Below, piece by piece: positions 24,051 through 37,010 of a stretch of 64,000 nt of DNA. The DNA is from Balanoglossus misakiensis (lineage: Eukaryota; Animalia; Hemichordata): NCBI GenBank assembly GCA_040954595.2, contig CM082582.2, forward strand, positions 6,432,303-6,496,302, in the 5' to 3' direction. The notes beneath the pieces were generated by a model. The model did not search any database, had not been told where the DNA came from, and saw nothing but the letters and a program-made list of their open reading frames with translations. Position numbers and translations under genes: made by a program. How positions within the stretch are numbered: position 1 is the first letter of the stretch; the number at the start of each line of letters is the position of its first letter.

Positions 24051-27000
24051 GGCCAATTGCAACCAGTGATATGCTATGCGTCAACTTGGCGTATCTGCGG
24101 GTGACCAAACGCACAACAATGAGAACGCTTCGAATGGGCGAGGCGTTTCGCTTTTATTGGGAGAGCGGTAACCTGGGATGGCCGAGACCACCACAAAAAT
24201 GTGTAGGAAAATGTTTGCGAGACAAACGCAGAAACTATTGTTGTTCAACCCTTTGTAAGTCACAGGTTGCCGATGTGATGTCTCAGAAATTAAACTGCGG
24301 CGTTCCCATTGATTTCCCCCCTGAGAACAATTCAGTCACATGCACGTGCAGATAGACAGACGGTTTGGTGGGTAGATCATAGTGAATGTAGTCTATGGGT
24401 GGATGGATGGTTGGCTACTAACATTACACCTCACGTGTTACACTTACACTTACAATATGCTCCTAACATATACAGATGTTGTAACCGCGTAAAGAGATTC
24501 TTCGGCCGTGGTGTGTTATTTAAAATAACAGTAAAACACGGCCCTACATGTAACTTTGACTCAATACATAGTAGTGAGATTTCTTGGCATACTGAGCTCG
24601 CATTTCATTTCAGGGACTTTCACATTTACCAACAACGCTACAGTAACATAAAAGACTTCGCCATTTCCATTGAACGGCGCAATAAACGTCTTCTCAAACC
24701 GTTTCGATCAATAAACCCTGTCGTCGGCTTATGTGCATGTTCTAGGCAACATTACGACTTTACAAACACGGCAGTGGCATGCACACCTATAAGCTTATAC
24801 ATTTTCATTTCAATTTTCCAATTTTCACCGCCATGATTGCTTTCGATGATTTGGTTTAGCCATGGGCCAGCTGGTGTTCTGTTTTCTTTTACTTTTTCAC
24901 ATTCGCGACTTTCAGTTTTATAGGCCCATCTCTGCTATTAAAACCCCGTATGCACGTCAGTTTTGACCCCTTTTCGTCGATATGTGCGTTTTTGTGTCGC
25001 TATCAAGGTTGGAAATTGTACCAAAACTTCCATTACTAGTAGTGCGTTCGTATAACAACCTGTACAATGACCTGAAAGGGTAGTTAATAAGGTACCTCCA
25101 CGATAACTCAGGCCATAGCACCCATTAATAATATGAGTACCTTTGACCCGTTTGTTGACATATTAGTCTGACAGTCGGCAGACTGGCTTGAACGACAACC
25201 CGGCTTCAAAACGTTAGTTCCGTTCCCGTGCATGTGGAGATCCGTAATTTCTCGAGCGTCGCGACGTCCATGATATATTATGCGCCGAGCGCCGCGAAAC
25301 TTAGTCACTGACAAGTACATAATAACAATAATGCGTTCAAGGTGACAAAACAATTACTATATAGTAAGTTGTGCGATTGCACATTCAAATGTTTACTATA
25401 GGGGAAATAGGGGAAATAAAACACCATGGACTTTTAACTGAGATAGGGTTGTCGAGGAACTAAAGACGGTAATAATGTCGACGGTTACCATGGTGATTAA
25501 CTAATTCACAGTTATACACAAGGTAAACCGACTTAATGCAGGCCGCCATATTGTCAATAATTCATTTGCTGTTGTGTTCCTACCTACGGTGAAATAACCA
25601 CAAAATTATGCCGTGGTCTTTATAAATATATTGGCCAGGAGAACGAACGAAGCTGCATGTATATACGTAGAACAGAGCAAATGCTCGACGTGTCGAGTGC
25701 AGCTCGGTGGCGTTAAGTGGTCTGTCTTGAAATACGATTGTGTATTATTACACTCCACTCACATAGTTTCACAGTGCCGCGGTCGTGAAGGCTGACCTAC
25801 AGCATAGACCCACTTGGCGCTAAATAATCGAATAAATATGACCGCCGGACCAGGTGGTTTATTGTTACATACCAGGCGTAGTTAGTAACGGGAAAGAAAA
25901 GACGTGTGTTGCTGGACGGACGGCAGTCAAGGCCAGCGCACGCGTACACGCCGGGTGACAACAGAAATAGACACGAGTAAACATAATTATTTTTTTCCAT
26001 AAATATGATGAAGTCGACATTCACGTACCTTCTTTTAATGGCAGGAAAACGCCTGTACGTCCAAACAAGATCTTCCTCAAGGTTCGGTGTGTTATAACTC
26101 CGATCTGATCGAGCGGACAATCACACTGTGTTTACCCAGGCGCGTCTACCTAGACTACACTGAGTGACCGTACACCAACAACGTAAATTGACATTTGAAA
26201 TTTACATAACAATGCGCACGCAATACCTGTGTGTAGAAATAGCCGTACCTGTATATTGATCAGTATTTTACACTGTACACGTTATCACTGTACTGTTGAG
26301 AGTCGTGGTCGCTCGATCGAAAGTTTCTTCCAAATATATTCGTTAACGATGATTTGAGAACATATGAATGCAGTGTAAGAGACAGCAAAGTATTCGCGTT
26401 TGGGAAGAAGAAAGCTTTGATATCGAAACATAATCCACGAAAACCCAGAAATCTCAGGCCAAGAACAGTTCCGTGCCCCTACCAATTCATCTCTTGTGCT
26501 AAAAGTCAAAACTGTATCATTTACTTACTTTCCAACTTCAGACTATATAATGATATACCAACTTGGGTAGATTGATGGAACTAGGTTCACTGCACTTTAA
26601 TAGTCGGGCTCTGGGCTAGATGATTTTTAGATTATTATATCAGGCCTTGTAATCAATTTGCTATTATCATTTTTAAGTGGGCATAGGCCAAAACCGCACG
26701 ACATTGTCACTTTCAGGATTACCTTGACGAATTTTGAAATAGTGCAAAACTAGTTTGTGCTCCACAAAAATGATTAGGAATGTATGAAAATGTTCCTGAG
26801 AAATACACGGGCGATATAACTAATAGAAGTACAACTTGTGAGTCGGTGTCCGTCCGCGTACTTTGTAACTCGACAAAATCTTTGGTTAATCCTCTTTACA
26901 CAGTGTAATTATGAGGATGATGTATGTAGAAAATGTCTATTGGACAAGTTATGATGACCAGGTGTTTAGTGTTACTGAATGCACTGTGATGATTTTTCAT

Positions 27001-27233
27001 TTGGCTGGGTGGTCTTTTAAATGGGTATTTTCGACTAACCTAGTGGGTAAAAGGATCATGGGAAAATAATATATATTTCCTTGGTAACACAATTTTTTAA
27101 CCATTTGAAACGTCATTTAATTAAATACAGTTGCATTGTATTAGCTGTTTTGGTAAAATTACAAGTTTTAATGGGTTGTAGAATCGATTATTTTGTTACT
27201 AGATTGAGTTTCGATTCCACAAAGATCTCACTC

Positions 27234-27241
27234 TGACGTCA
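27234..27241. promoter_or_regulatory. Full CRE palindrome just upstream of the DNAJA2 start codon
   Basis: TGACGTCA about 25 bp upstream of the ATG. Motif match only. Confidence 0.4.
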
Positions 27242-27265
27242 TTCACTGTAGGTCACGACGGTAAC

Positions 27266-30200
27266 ATGGCGGACGTTGAGCTTTATGAAGTCCTTGGCGT
27301 TAACAAAAACGCAACTGACGCCGAAATTAAGAAGGTATGCTGGTTTTATCCTCACGTGTCTTGTTCTGCGAATATGTGTTCGAAAATTTGTCCATGAATC
27401 GTCTGATTTGATGTCCACGCCGCTGTGAAACGTGGTAGAAATGCGAATACCAATTTACGAAGATCATTGTGCGTATTGTTCATTTCGCCGGTATGATACT
27501 ACATCGAGTGCGTGCCATAAGCGGAAATGACCTAGCGCATCATGTCTTCACGTGCTCTCGCTCAAATCCACCGCAAGCCAATGTCAGTCACCCTGAATAT
27601 CGCTATGTTCACTTTATAATCCACTACCCGTCACAAGTATTTCCATATTGAGTTTCCCTAATGTTTTACGCCATTAAATTTGGCACAAGATCTAGATCAC
27701 TTTACGACTACGGTAGACATAATGTCATTTCTTTAGGCAAGAATCCCCCCCCCCCCCGCACCGGGATTAATTCACCCATGACAATGAAGGGTGAAGTTGT
27801 TGAGAAAGTATGTTTATTCTAAATGCATGATTTTAGCGTGGAAAAGGGAAAGGGAAATGTGAGATTATTTCATTGCCTGTTGTGAGTTCATCGTCGACTC
27901 TGACTCCAACCTTGGCCATGGACAAACTCTTTTTGTATAATCTACGCTCATAGGTTCAAGTATGCATTGCTGTGTGTGGTTTTCATGTTTCTGTATATTA
28001 TTTTTTTTTTGCAGGCATACAGAAAATTAGCCAAGGAATTTCATCCAGACAAGAACCCTCAACATGGAGAGAAGGTATAAAAGCACTATAATTTTGTTGC
28101 AGATAACAGCATTTCTGACCTTATTTTAATAAGAAAAATTCTCCTCTTTGAGAAAGCCATAAAATGAACATCGGAATATGATGTGCTCATTTGTTTGTGA
28201 TTGAGGTATTTTTAGCTGCCAGTAAACACCTATATATAGCAGTGGATTTTTACCAAATTGGTTGTATATGTATGTACTGACCGTTACGTATGTATGCATG
28301 TACATACATTTGTCTATCCATCTGGTGACTACAAAAATTTCTCAACCACTGGATGGCATCACTTCAAAAGTTAACAAATACATATAATTATATTTATGGT
28401 ATAAACTAATTGATATTATTCCCTTTATTAACAGTTCAAGGAAATAAGTTTTGCTTATGAAGTTCTTTCAAACCCTGAAAAGCGTGAAACATATGATCAG
28501 TATGGCATGGAAGGAATTCGAGGTGAAACAGGACCTGATATGTTTGGTGAGTACACGTAAAACATGCAACGTGTGATTATTTAACCCTTTCACCACCATG
28601 GTGTGGTCCAAATCCATTGTTTTCTTCTTACTTCTTAACATGTACTTGATATGATATACTGTGAGTTTAAATTTTCGATTCTATGCTTAAGTGTTTTATA
28701 ATTATTTCTTTTTTGTTACCACAGGTGGTGAAGACATTTTCTCTCATCTATTTGGGGGTGGTATGTTTGGTGGAATGTCTGGTTTTGGCGGTGGCGGGAG
28801 ACGAAGGAAACAAAGGGGGGAAGACACAGTTCATCCACTAAGGTAATAATAAGTGAGAGTGGGTTTTCTGACAAGTCATGTATTTGCTCTCCTTATAGTT
28901 AGCAGCAGGATTGTCACTGAGTTAATGATGAGGCCTTCAGTTATGGTTAAATATACAAATATACAAACTGTAGCATGCACATATTGTGTACCAAAAAAAA
29001 TTGGCTGAAGAGAATTTTTGTTGACTGACAGAAACCATGTAAATAGTACTTTTATTTTCTTTCCTTTGCGAGTCTGACAGTGTTTCTTAGTGTTTTGGGC
29101 GCTGCAGTATTTGTACCAATCCCGACCTTATTCTTGCATTTTGTTTAGGGTAACATTGGAAGACCTGTATAATGGCAAAACGGCCAAGTTACAATTGAGC
29201 AAGAATATTATATGTCGTATCTGCAACGGGTAAGTCAGTCTTGCTGAATAGATACATATGAACATCAATAAGACATGGAAATGACCATCAGTTCAACCTG
29301 TATCCCATCCGTCCATCCACCCATCCATTAACTGTATTTTTGATGTGTCACAGGCAAGGCGGCAAGCAGGGTGCAATGCAGACTTGCAGGGTGTGTCACG
29401 GCCGTGGTGTCAAGGTCACAATCCGGCAACTCGGCCCCGGCATGGTGCAGCAGATGCAGTCGGTGTGTCCCGAGTGCCACGGCGAAGGTAAGGCTCAGAT
29501 CTCTCCTCGCTGAAAGATAGCATGCAGACGAGTTTAACTCTGTCACTCCATATGGTGTGAAGACAGACAGAGAGCACTGTGTTGACTATCTGTGAAGCAG
29601 CAGTAATCTTTCTCTCACTCTATCGACCAGTGATGTGATAATGTACCCTGTTCACTTCACAGGCGAAACAATTAATGAAAAAGACAGGTGTAAAACTTGT
29701 CATGGTAAGAAAGTGGTGAAAGAGTCGAAAATACTACAAGTGCACGTGGAAAAGGGCATGAAGGATGGGCAGAAAATTACATTCCGCTGGGAAGGTGACC
29801 AAACGGTAAGTGATATCCTGTCTTGTCCGTACATGCATTTTTTTACTGTGCAGATTCTGATGTGTCTGCAGGCTGCCGTGGGTGGGACTGTGTATTCTTG
29901 ATATCACAAAAAAGGTCTAGAAGGACGGCTTTGTCCCTTTAAGCCTTTCACCCATCAGTTCCGTCTTCAGAGGTCTAACCTTACCTTAGAAAACAATGGG
30001 TTTGGACTGAACCATGGTGGTTAAAGGAGTTAACAGACTGCTTGAGAGGGGAAGCGATGAAGAGCCCAGTCTGTTCAGAAGCAGGGCAGCGTAGTCAAAA
30101 CCTGGTCAACACGAAACTTACCCGACGCAGTCCACTGGTACTTGTCGGACGTGAACACCAAATCAGCTGCTTTCCCTCAGCCTGAGCGCCGAGCCTAACT

Positions 30201-31442
30201 CAACTTACCGTTCCATTTCTGCTTCCACAGCCCGGTCTTGAACCTGGAGATGTAATCATAGTTTTACAGCAGAGAGAGCACGATGTTTTTCAACGTAGCG
30301 GCGTCGACCTCTACATGACACACTCCCTGGGCATAACAGAGGCACTATGCGGATTTCAGTTCCTTTTCAAACATTTAGATAGCAGGGAAATATGCGTTCG
30401 ATATCCTCCAGGGAATGTCATTTCCCCAGGTGAGTTAGGCCTATTCTATATATGTTTGTACCATTATGCATTTATAGCAGTAACTAGGTAAGAAATAAAC
30501 TTGAAAAAAAAAATTTGTTTGGTGGTATAAGTGAAATGAAAATTAGAATAACACTACATATTTTTTTCCAAAATAAATGTATGTTGCTTCAATTGGAAGA
30601 AAGATGCAGGATTTCAGAGTGGTTTCCGTTTCCCAATATTTATGGATACTGATTACTGTATATACTGTATAAAATCCTTTTTGCAGGATGCACACGCTGT
30701 GTTGTTGGTGAAGGAATGCCGGTGTATAAGAATCCATTCGAGAAGGGAAATCTATACATCAAATTTGACATTCAGTTCCCCGACAATAACTTCCAAGATG
30801 AAAGCAAGCTGAAGGTAATTATCGGCAGTCAAAATACATTGTGAGCTTGGCTTATAGAAGTGTTTAGGTTTCTTCATTGTACCTTTACTCTTTCAAAGTC
30901 AAGACCAAAAAAAAAAACATCAACAACAGAGATTTTAGTGATTGGCAAACTTCTAAGTGGCTTCCAATATTTACAAATGCATAATGGTCACAACTCTCTA
31001 AGTTTTGAATCACCAGCATTTGTGATAGGATAGTGGAAGCTTTGCAACCATTTCGTTTTTGTGTTGGAAGCTAAGAAAGTACAGCATAGAAAGAATCATT
31101 TGAAGGACTTTATTCTCTTTACAAAAATATTCCTGTGTTACGGTCTGCCTTTCGGTGCGCCTATTTGCCTCTCAGTTCACTGTCAGTTGTAGCATATTGT
31201 CCAATACACCTTGCCTGGGTTCCGCCTGAGGGGTAACTGTCTGGTTCTTTTTGCAGTTGCTGGAAAAGCTGCTGCCACCTCGGCCAAAACAAGTCGTCCC
31301 GGAAGGCGCGGAGCCAGAGGATGTGGACTTGATGGAGTACGACCCCAGACATTCGTCGAGTAACTCGCGACGCGAAGCATATCACGACGAAGACGACGAG
31401 GACATGCATCAAGGTCACGGAATGCAGTGCGCTCACCAATAA
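27266..31442 (+). CDS. DNAJA2: DnaJ homolog subfamily A member 2 (Hsp40), about 10 exons
   Basis: [13 protein letters not shown]-domain FHPDKNP, G/F-rich region, four zinc-finger repeats ([32 protein letters not shown]), [17 protein letters not shown], and C-terminal CaaX CAHQ as in vertebrate DNAJA2. Confidence 0.95.
28581..28625. mobile_element. Truncated copy of the TTAA-flanked mini-MITE
   Basis: TTAACCCTTTCACCACCATGGTGTGGTCCAAATCCATTG matches the left half of the element at 40822. Confidence 0.65.
29939..30033. mobile_element. Diverged inverted copy of the TTAA-flanked mini-MITE
   Basis: TTAAGCCTTTCACC...CAATGGGTTTGGACTGAACCATGGTGGTTAAAGGAGTTAA is the reverse-complement homolog of 40822-40914. 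Confidence 0.7.
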
Positions 31443-34400
31443 CCCCACAAAAAACCCGTCACTAGCATTCTCATAGTAGCCGACGTCTAAGCTCTGTGAT
31501 TCCGTCTCTGACCTTTGGGGAGAGCCAACACCTTAATTAAAAAAAAATCAGACCAAGTTTTATTAATATTACCGTACGAGCACTTCAAATTTGACTTGTA
31601 ATTCTTAAAAGAAATGTGGTGGTGGCTTTAATGGCATAAGGCGATTTCTGAAGGTAACTTCTTTTCTTCGAAAGTTGTCGGAAATAAATGGCAGGTAATA
31701 TTTACACTGTCGGGGATTGCCCAAGCAGTGAAATGTCTTGTGAGGAATGGCTAGCCACCTATCAGTTAAACCCAGATCTGAGTTTCCTGTTGTATCAATG
31801 TCATTCGCGCGCAAATCAATCTTTCCTCATTGAGATCTCCACACTCTGTTGAGAGACTCTGCTTATTGACGTCCCATTACTCCAAATTTTGTTGTTCAAG
31901 TTTGTAATATCACCTCATTTCATTCAAGAAAACGTGTTTTTGTGTTCCCGAGCCATCAGCAGAAACGTGTAATTATAATTCAATGTCACGCTTCGTGATA
32001 GTACCAGTATTAGTAACCAGACGTGAACCTTGCATGTGTATTGTTTCAAGTTCAAGGTAGACCCATTTCAACTTATTGCAGTCTGGCCCAGTGTTTGCCA
32101 CAAGGGAACCTAATCTTATGCTGGCAATGGGGTAGGGGGTTGAAATTGACTCAATATTATAAGAACTTCACTCATGATATATGAAATTAAATAAGTGAAT
32201 AACACGTCACCTAATCAATACGTTTCACACAGTTCAAATATTCACAACAAACTTTTCAGTACCGAGGAATTCACTTCTAGAATGCGAAAAACACGGAGCT
32301 GGTAAATTTGATGAATAATAACCTTTGGAAACGAAACAGCTCAGGAAATATTAATAACTTACCACACTTTATCATATGAAAATTTGTCAGTGGTGAAAGA
32401 ATTTGGATGCGTTCCAAAGGAAACAATTGATATTTTAGATGCTAGAAAATATTGTCAATCCCTCTTTTTTTTTTCATGTTGATTTTAATCATTATGTGTG
32501 TTACATGGAGAAGCCCCTTGAATTTACTAGGTATTTTTTTGTTATTATTTAGAAAGTGTGGAAGGTATATTAGTCTTTGACATGGAAGATGGGATTGAAT
32601 GAAAACCTCTTCATAACGGCCAATCAGGGAACAGTCGATGATAAAAACTGTGACCGTCATACAGTGGTTGCTTTGGCGACGCTATGATGATAACTTTGAG
32701 GAAATTTGTACAGATTCTAAATGTACTAACATGCTGGGATGACCGCCTCAATTCTCACGAAGTTCTAGACAGAACATTATGCGATATGATTTTTTTTTTG
32801 TATTATTTTTTCGGGTGTATTTTTCTTCATCCAGAGCTTCTACAATGGAGGCTTTTCAATTCAGACTACTTTTTACTATGTGTACATGTTTATGTGTAAA
32901 GTGGTGTCATGTTGGTTAGCTGTCTTTATAGGGAGAAAACTCAGTGGAAAAGTGGTGTTTAGGCCCTTCTTGATGCCAATGGTGTTTTTATAGTTCTCTC
33001 GATCCGGTGAATACGAGTGCAGGCATTTGTCCATCAGCCTGAGGAGCGAATGGCTGCTTTTGTCTGAAACTGTCGCAGGCTTATTACAAAATACACATCA
33101 ACTGCAAGAAACTGTTCTCTTGATGAAACCGTATTTTAGATGAGACATACAACCAGTCCCTGGTTGATTCTGACAAGAGCTTATTACAGAAATGCTTGTG
33201 TACATTCAAAGTCTGGACTTTGTGAAATGACGTTCCCCCTGATTGAATATACAGTGTTTGGTGTATCACGTTAATCTTTAATCACAGTCATTTCATAGTC
33301 AAATTATTGTTACCATCTCCAAATTTGTTTTCTAACTATAAAAAAAACTCAGACCTTGTGTTAGGGTGTGTGTGTGTTTGGCATACTGGCTGAACTGACT
33401 GAATGACGTTCTGCAAAGAAAATTATCAGCTTTGGCAGCAAAGTAAAAGAAACTTACTGCAGTTCACAATTTCGTGACTTGTTACATACATTGAGCATCT
33501 TACGATTCCTGTTCATGGCACATTGGCATACATTGTTGGAAAGACTGCACGCTTTGGAGATTTCAAAAACGTAGGCTATAGGGATTCTAAGGGAAGGTGC
33601 ACACACATTACCATCGCTTGCTACTTTGCTTACTTAAGATCAATGTTCCTTTTGACAAAAATAACGGATTGAAACTCTCTGTATTTATATACTGACTGTG
33701 TGGTTGCAATGGAAATGCCTTTTTCAAAAGATGATAATTGTAAACAGTGACTCAGCATGTCTTGACAAAATGCATTTTCGCGAACAGCGCCCCCATGTGA
33801 CCCAGTAAGCCCACGTGTGACCCCCACCACCCTGGACATAAGTTTTTAATAGTGCATATCTCTCGTGGAGATGTGACTTTTAATTTTTGTTTCACAACTT
33901 TGCTCTTCTGGCCAAAGTGTTGTTTGTGTTAACGGCGACATGCGACAATATTTATTGGTGGCAACTGGCAACCCAGAGAATGTATTATTGAACGAAATAT
34001 GCCAATAAAATATTTCTTTTAAACAATTCAATCATCAAGGTGTCGCGCAGTTTTGCCGAGTTTTTTTTTCTTTGATCAAAATGGATAGCATCGTGCAGTC
34101 TTTCATGAAGTTTGGAAATAAAACCAAAACATCCACTGTTGATATACCATCTCATCATGTAAAGGAACCAGCAAATGTAAAGATCAAGCCATCTCTACTC
34201 TACATGTAATTTTTAGCTCACGTGTGTACAGGTAGTAATTTGAATATTTTACAAATTAGTGCAATTATTGTTATAAATCAGAACCATTTTTATGAAATTT
34301 ACTAGAGATGGATCAGATCAATGAGATTAGTTGCATTGAATGAAGTTGAATTTGGTAAGTCATTGCTGAAATTTGCACATTTTCAGTCTTCATCATACTG

Positions 34401-37010
34401 TACAAGCGGGCATATTCAGTTCATATCTGGTTGTCAGATGTCGCTGTGTGAAAAGCATCAAACACAAAAAGCAAAAGCACAGAGACCGTCTTTCTTTGTA
34501 TAAAATTAATTTATTGTCACGCCACCACCAAACAAATACTGCCACCAGCTCTGATGACTACACATCACAAATTATTAGACAAACCACCGTTTTTGTGTCC
34601 ATTACAAAATGGTACATCTATACACACATACAAAGCCACTGCCTACAATCCAGAAAAATAAAAGATTACAGATAAAAACTTCCAGGAACTCTACTGAGCT
34701 GTTCAATTCGTGTACGGATTTTTTTTTATACAAAGTGTGCAGTAAATGTCAAAGTGTATCCACAAAGAGAATCGGTAAAGAGATTTGAAAAATTCCACGA
34801 CTGGATCCCAGCGATGCTAGGCAGTTGATTACAAAAAATGCATGACATTGCTGAGCTAAAGAAAATAGTACTTTAAAAATGCCACACAGCCAAGTTTATA
34901 AAATATTCAGAGTATAAATCTGTGCATATTACTTTATCAATTGAAACCAGTTTATGTCGATTGGTATGTGTGTATAAACATACATGTCAGTGGTGGTCAA
35001 ATTTTTTAAAACTGCAAACTTGGGACAGAGTACCAAATTTTTTTTTTCTTGTTATAATTCTACAACAGCAGCTATATTTGATGAGACACAGCAAAAAATT
35101 CCACAGAAACGTGTACGCATGGCAATTTGACTGCATTTTGTGGAAATTTGTCCCAATATAGTGAATACTATTTAGATCATCTACAGATAATTACAAGTCA
35201 TTAGTGTTACATCAATCCCTGCCAAAGCAGATTCCTTCATTCAGACCTGCAGATGACCTTTTATGTCTGGAAGTCTAAACAATTCTTTTTTAGAAATTTG
35301 AACCAACTGATTGTTTGTGATTGTTGACGTCAACATAGAATTTGTACAGTAAATAAATGCTGTCTGCAGAGAGCAGACATGCACACACACACACACATAA
35401 AAAGTTTTTATACAATATGCAATGTTACTACACTGGAAAAGTCTTGGGTATTCTGAAAGAAAAATCAGATCCATGGAATTGGGTTCATAAAGCTGGAGAC
35501 ATTAGACTGACTAAACACCGCTAAGTTGTAGGGTCTATCCTGATCAAATTCCCAGTAAGTTGAAGGGTCACTGAACTACATGCTGTGGGGTCCTGGTTGT
35601 AACAGACAACTTGAGGGGTCCATCCCAACATGAGAGTCACATGCATGCTGTTTTTCTGTCGTTTTTTTCAAAAGTGGCACTCAGTATGTGACATAAAATT
35701 ACAGAAACACAGAAATAATCCAACTTATAAAAGATAGTGATGGCGAACAGGAAAGCCAATCAGCTGTAAAACATTTAAAAGTGCCTGGATTTTAGGGGTG
35801 GATACAGATTTTAAACCCAAATAGACACAAACTGATAAAACACATTTTCTACGAGAAATGACATTTCATAATCAAATAAAACTGAGTTGTTATTATTATA
35901 TTCACACCAATGGGCAGACGTTCAGCTCTCATAAAAATCAGTCACACCAACTACACTACCATCGTCCAAAAATGAGTTCATGTAACTTTTTTTTAGCTTT
36001 GGCTAAAACACAAACCTGCAAAATTGTAGTCCATCATCAGATGTGACAGCAGAAGGTACTAATGTCAACCTCCAGGTTATTTTTGTTTTTTTCACAAATG
36101 ATTGTGCACACACCTTAGGTAATCAAACATTGGTCCAATCACAAAAGTCCAGTTTTTTTAATTAAAAGCAACGAAAAGCATGGCTTCATAATTCATAATT
36201 GTCATTTTTATATTTAATGGCCTTCTAAACATTGTATTAAAGGCAACCATTTCAGAACTGATTACCAGCTAAAAGGAACAATTGGGTTGGGGTAAAAACA
36301 GTCATGAAGAGGGGGTAAAACTATAACAGAACCAAAACATTGCGATACGTGGCAATAAATTGTTGACAATAAAAACCCAGTCATTTATACACTTATGTTG
36401 CACATAACGGATAAAAGATAACCCTTTCACTTGCGCATGATTTTCTTTTAAAAATAACAATTTACGTTGTACAGGTATCTAAGTGTGGGGGGAAATTTGG
36501 GGAAATCACGGAACGTGAACTGAAACGTTTATTATTGTCTGTCTTGTGATAGTTCATGATTTCTAATTGAGTTAAGCAAATTTCATGGCAAATTATCTAC
36601 AGGCTATCTCTACACAATCTGCCCCAATCTGCCGGGCATTCTCTCTCGATCTCCGTGACGGCACAGTTAGTTTCACACCAAAAACCAGTCCTCGAAAGTC
36701 GTCAGTGATACACTAACAACAGCCAAAGTGACGTTAATTCAAGACAAGGTAGCAAAGAGGGAAAAGAACTCTGCAGGTCATGATAGACAAAACACAGCAA
36801 CACGGTACACCCAATCTCTCGGTGTCCACTGCCCTGACTATCATACGAATGTCTGTAATCCACTCGAGCAATGTCAATGTTTTGTCCCACAAGAAAAAAT
36901 CCGCTACCATCCACCCCTATTTTGGCAACTGGTGGATTATTCCACCGACTGATTGTGTAATGGCGCATGGGTGATTCCACAGGTAATGCTGAGTGGGGCT
37001 TTGCTTGATT

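Noticed and set aside
25797-26120. 107-aa minus-strand ORF with an internal donor-like site
   Set aside because: No recognisable domain, no ATG at the annotated start and no partner exon identified.
29515-29640. Possible H/ACA snoRNA in a DNAJA2 intron
   Set aside because: A short hairpin and an ANANNA-like box are present, but no convincing second hairpin with a terminal ACA.
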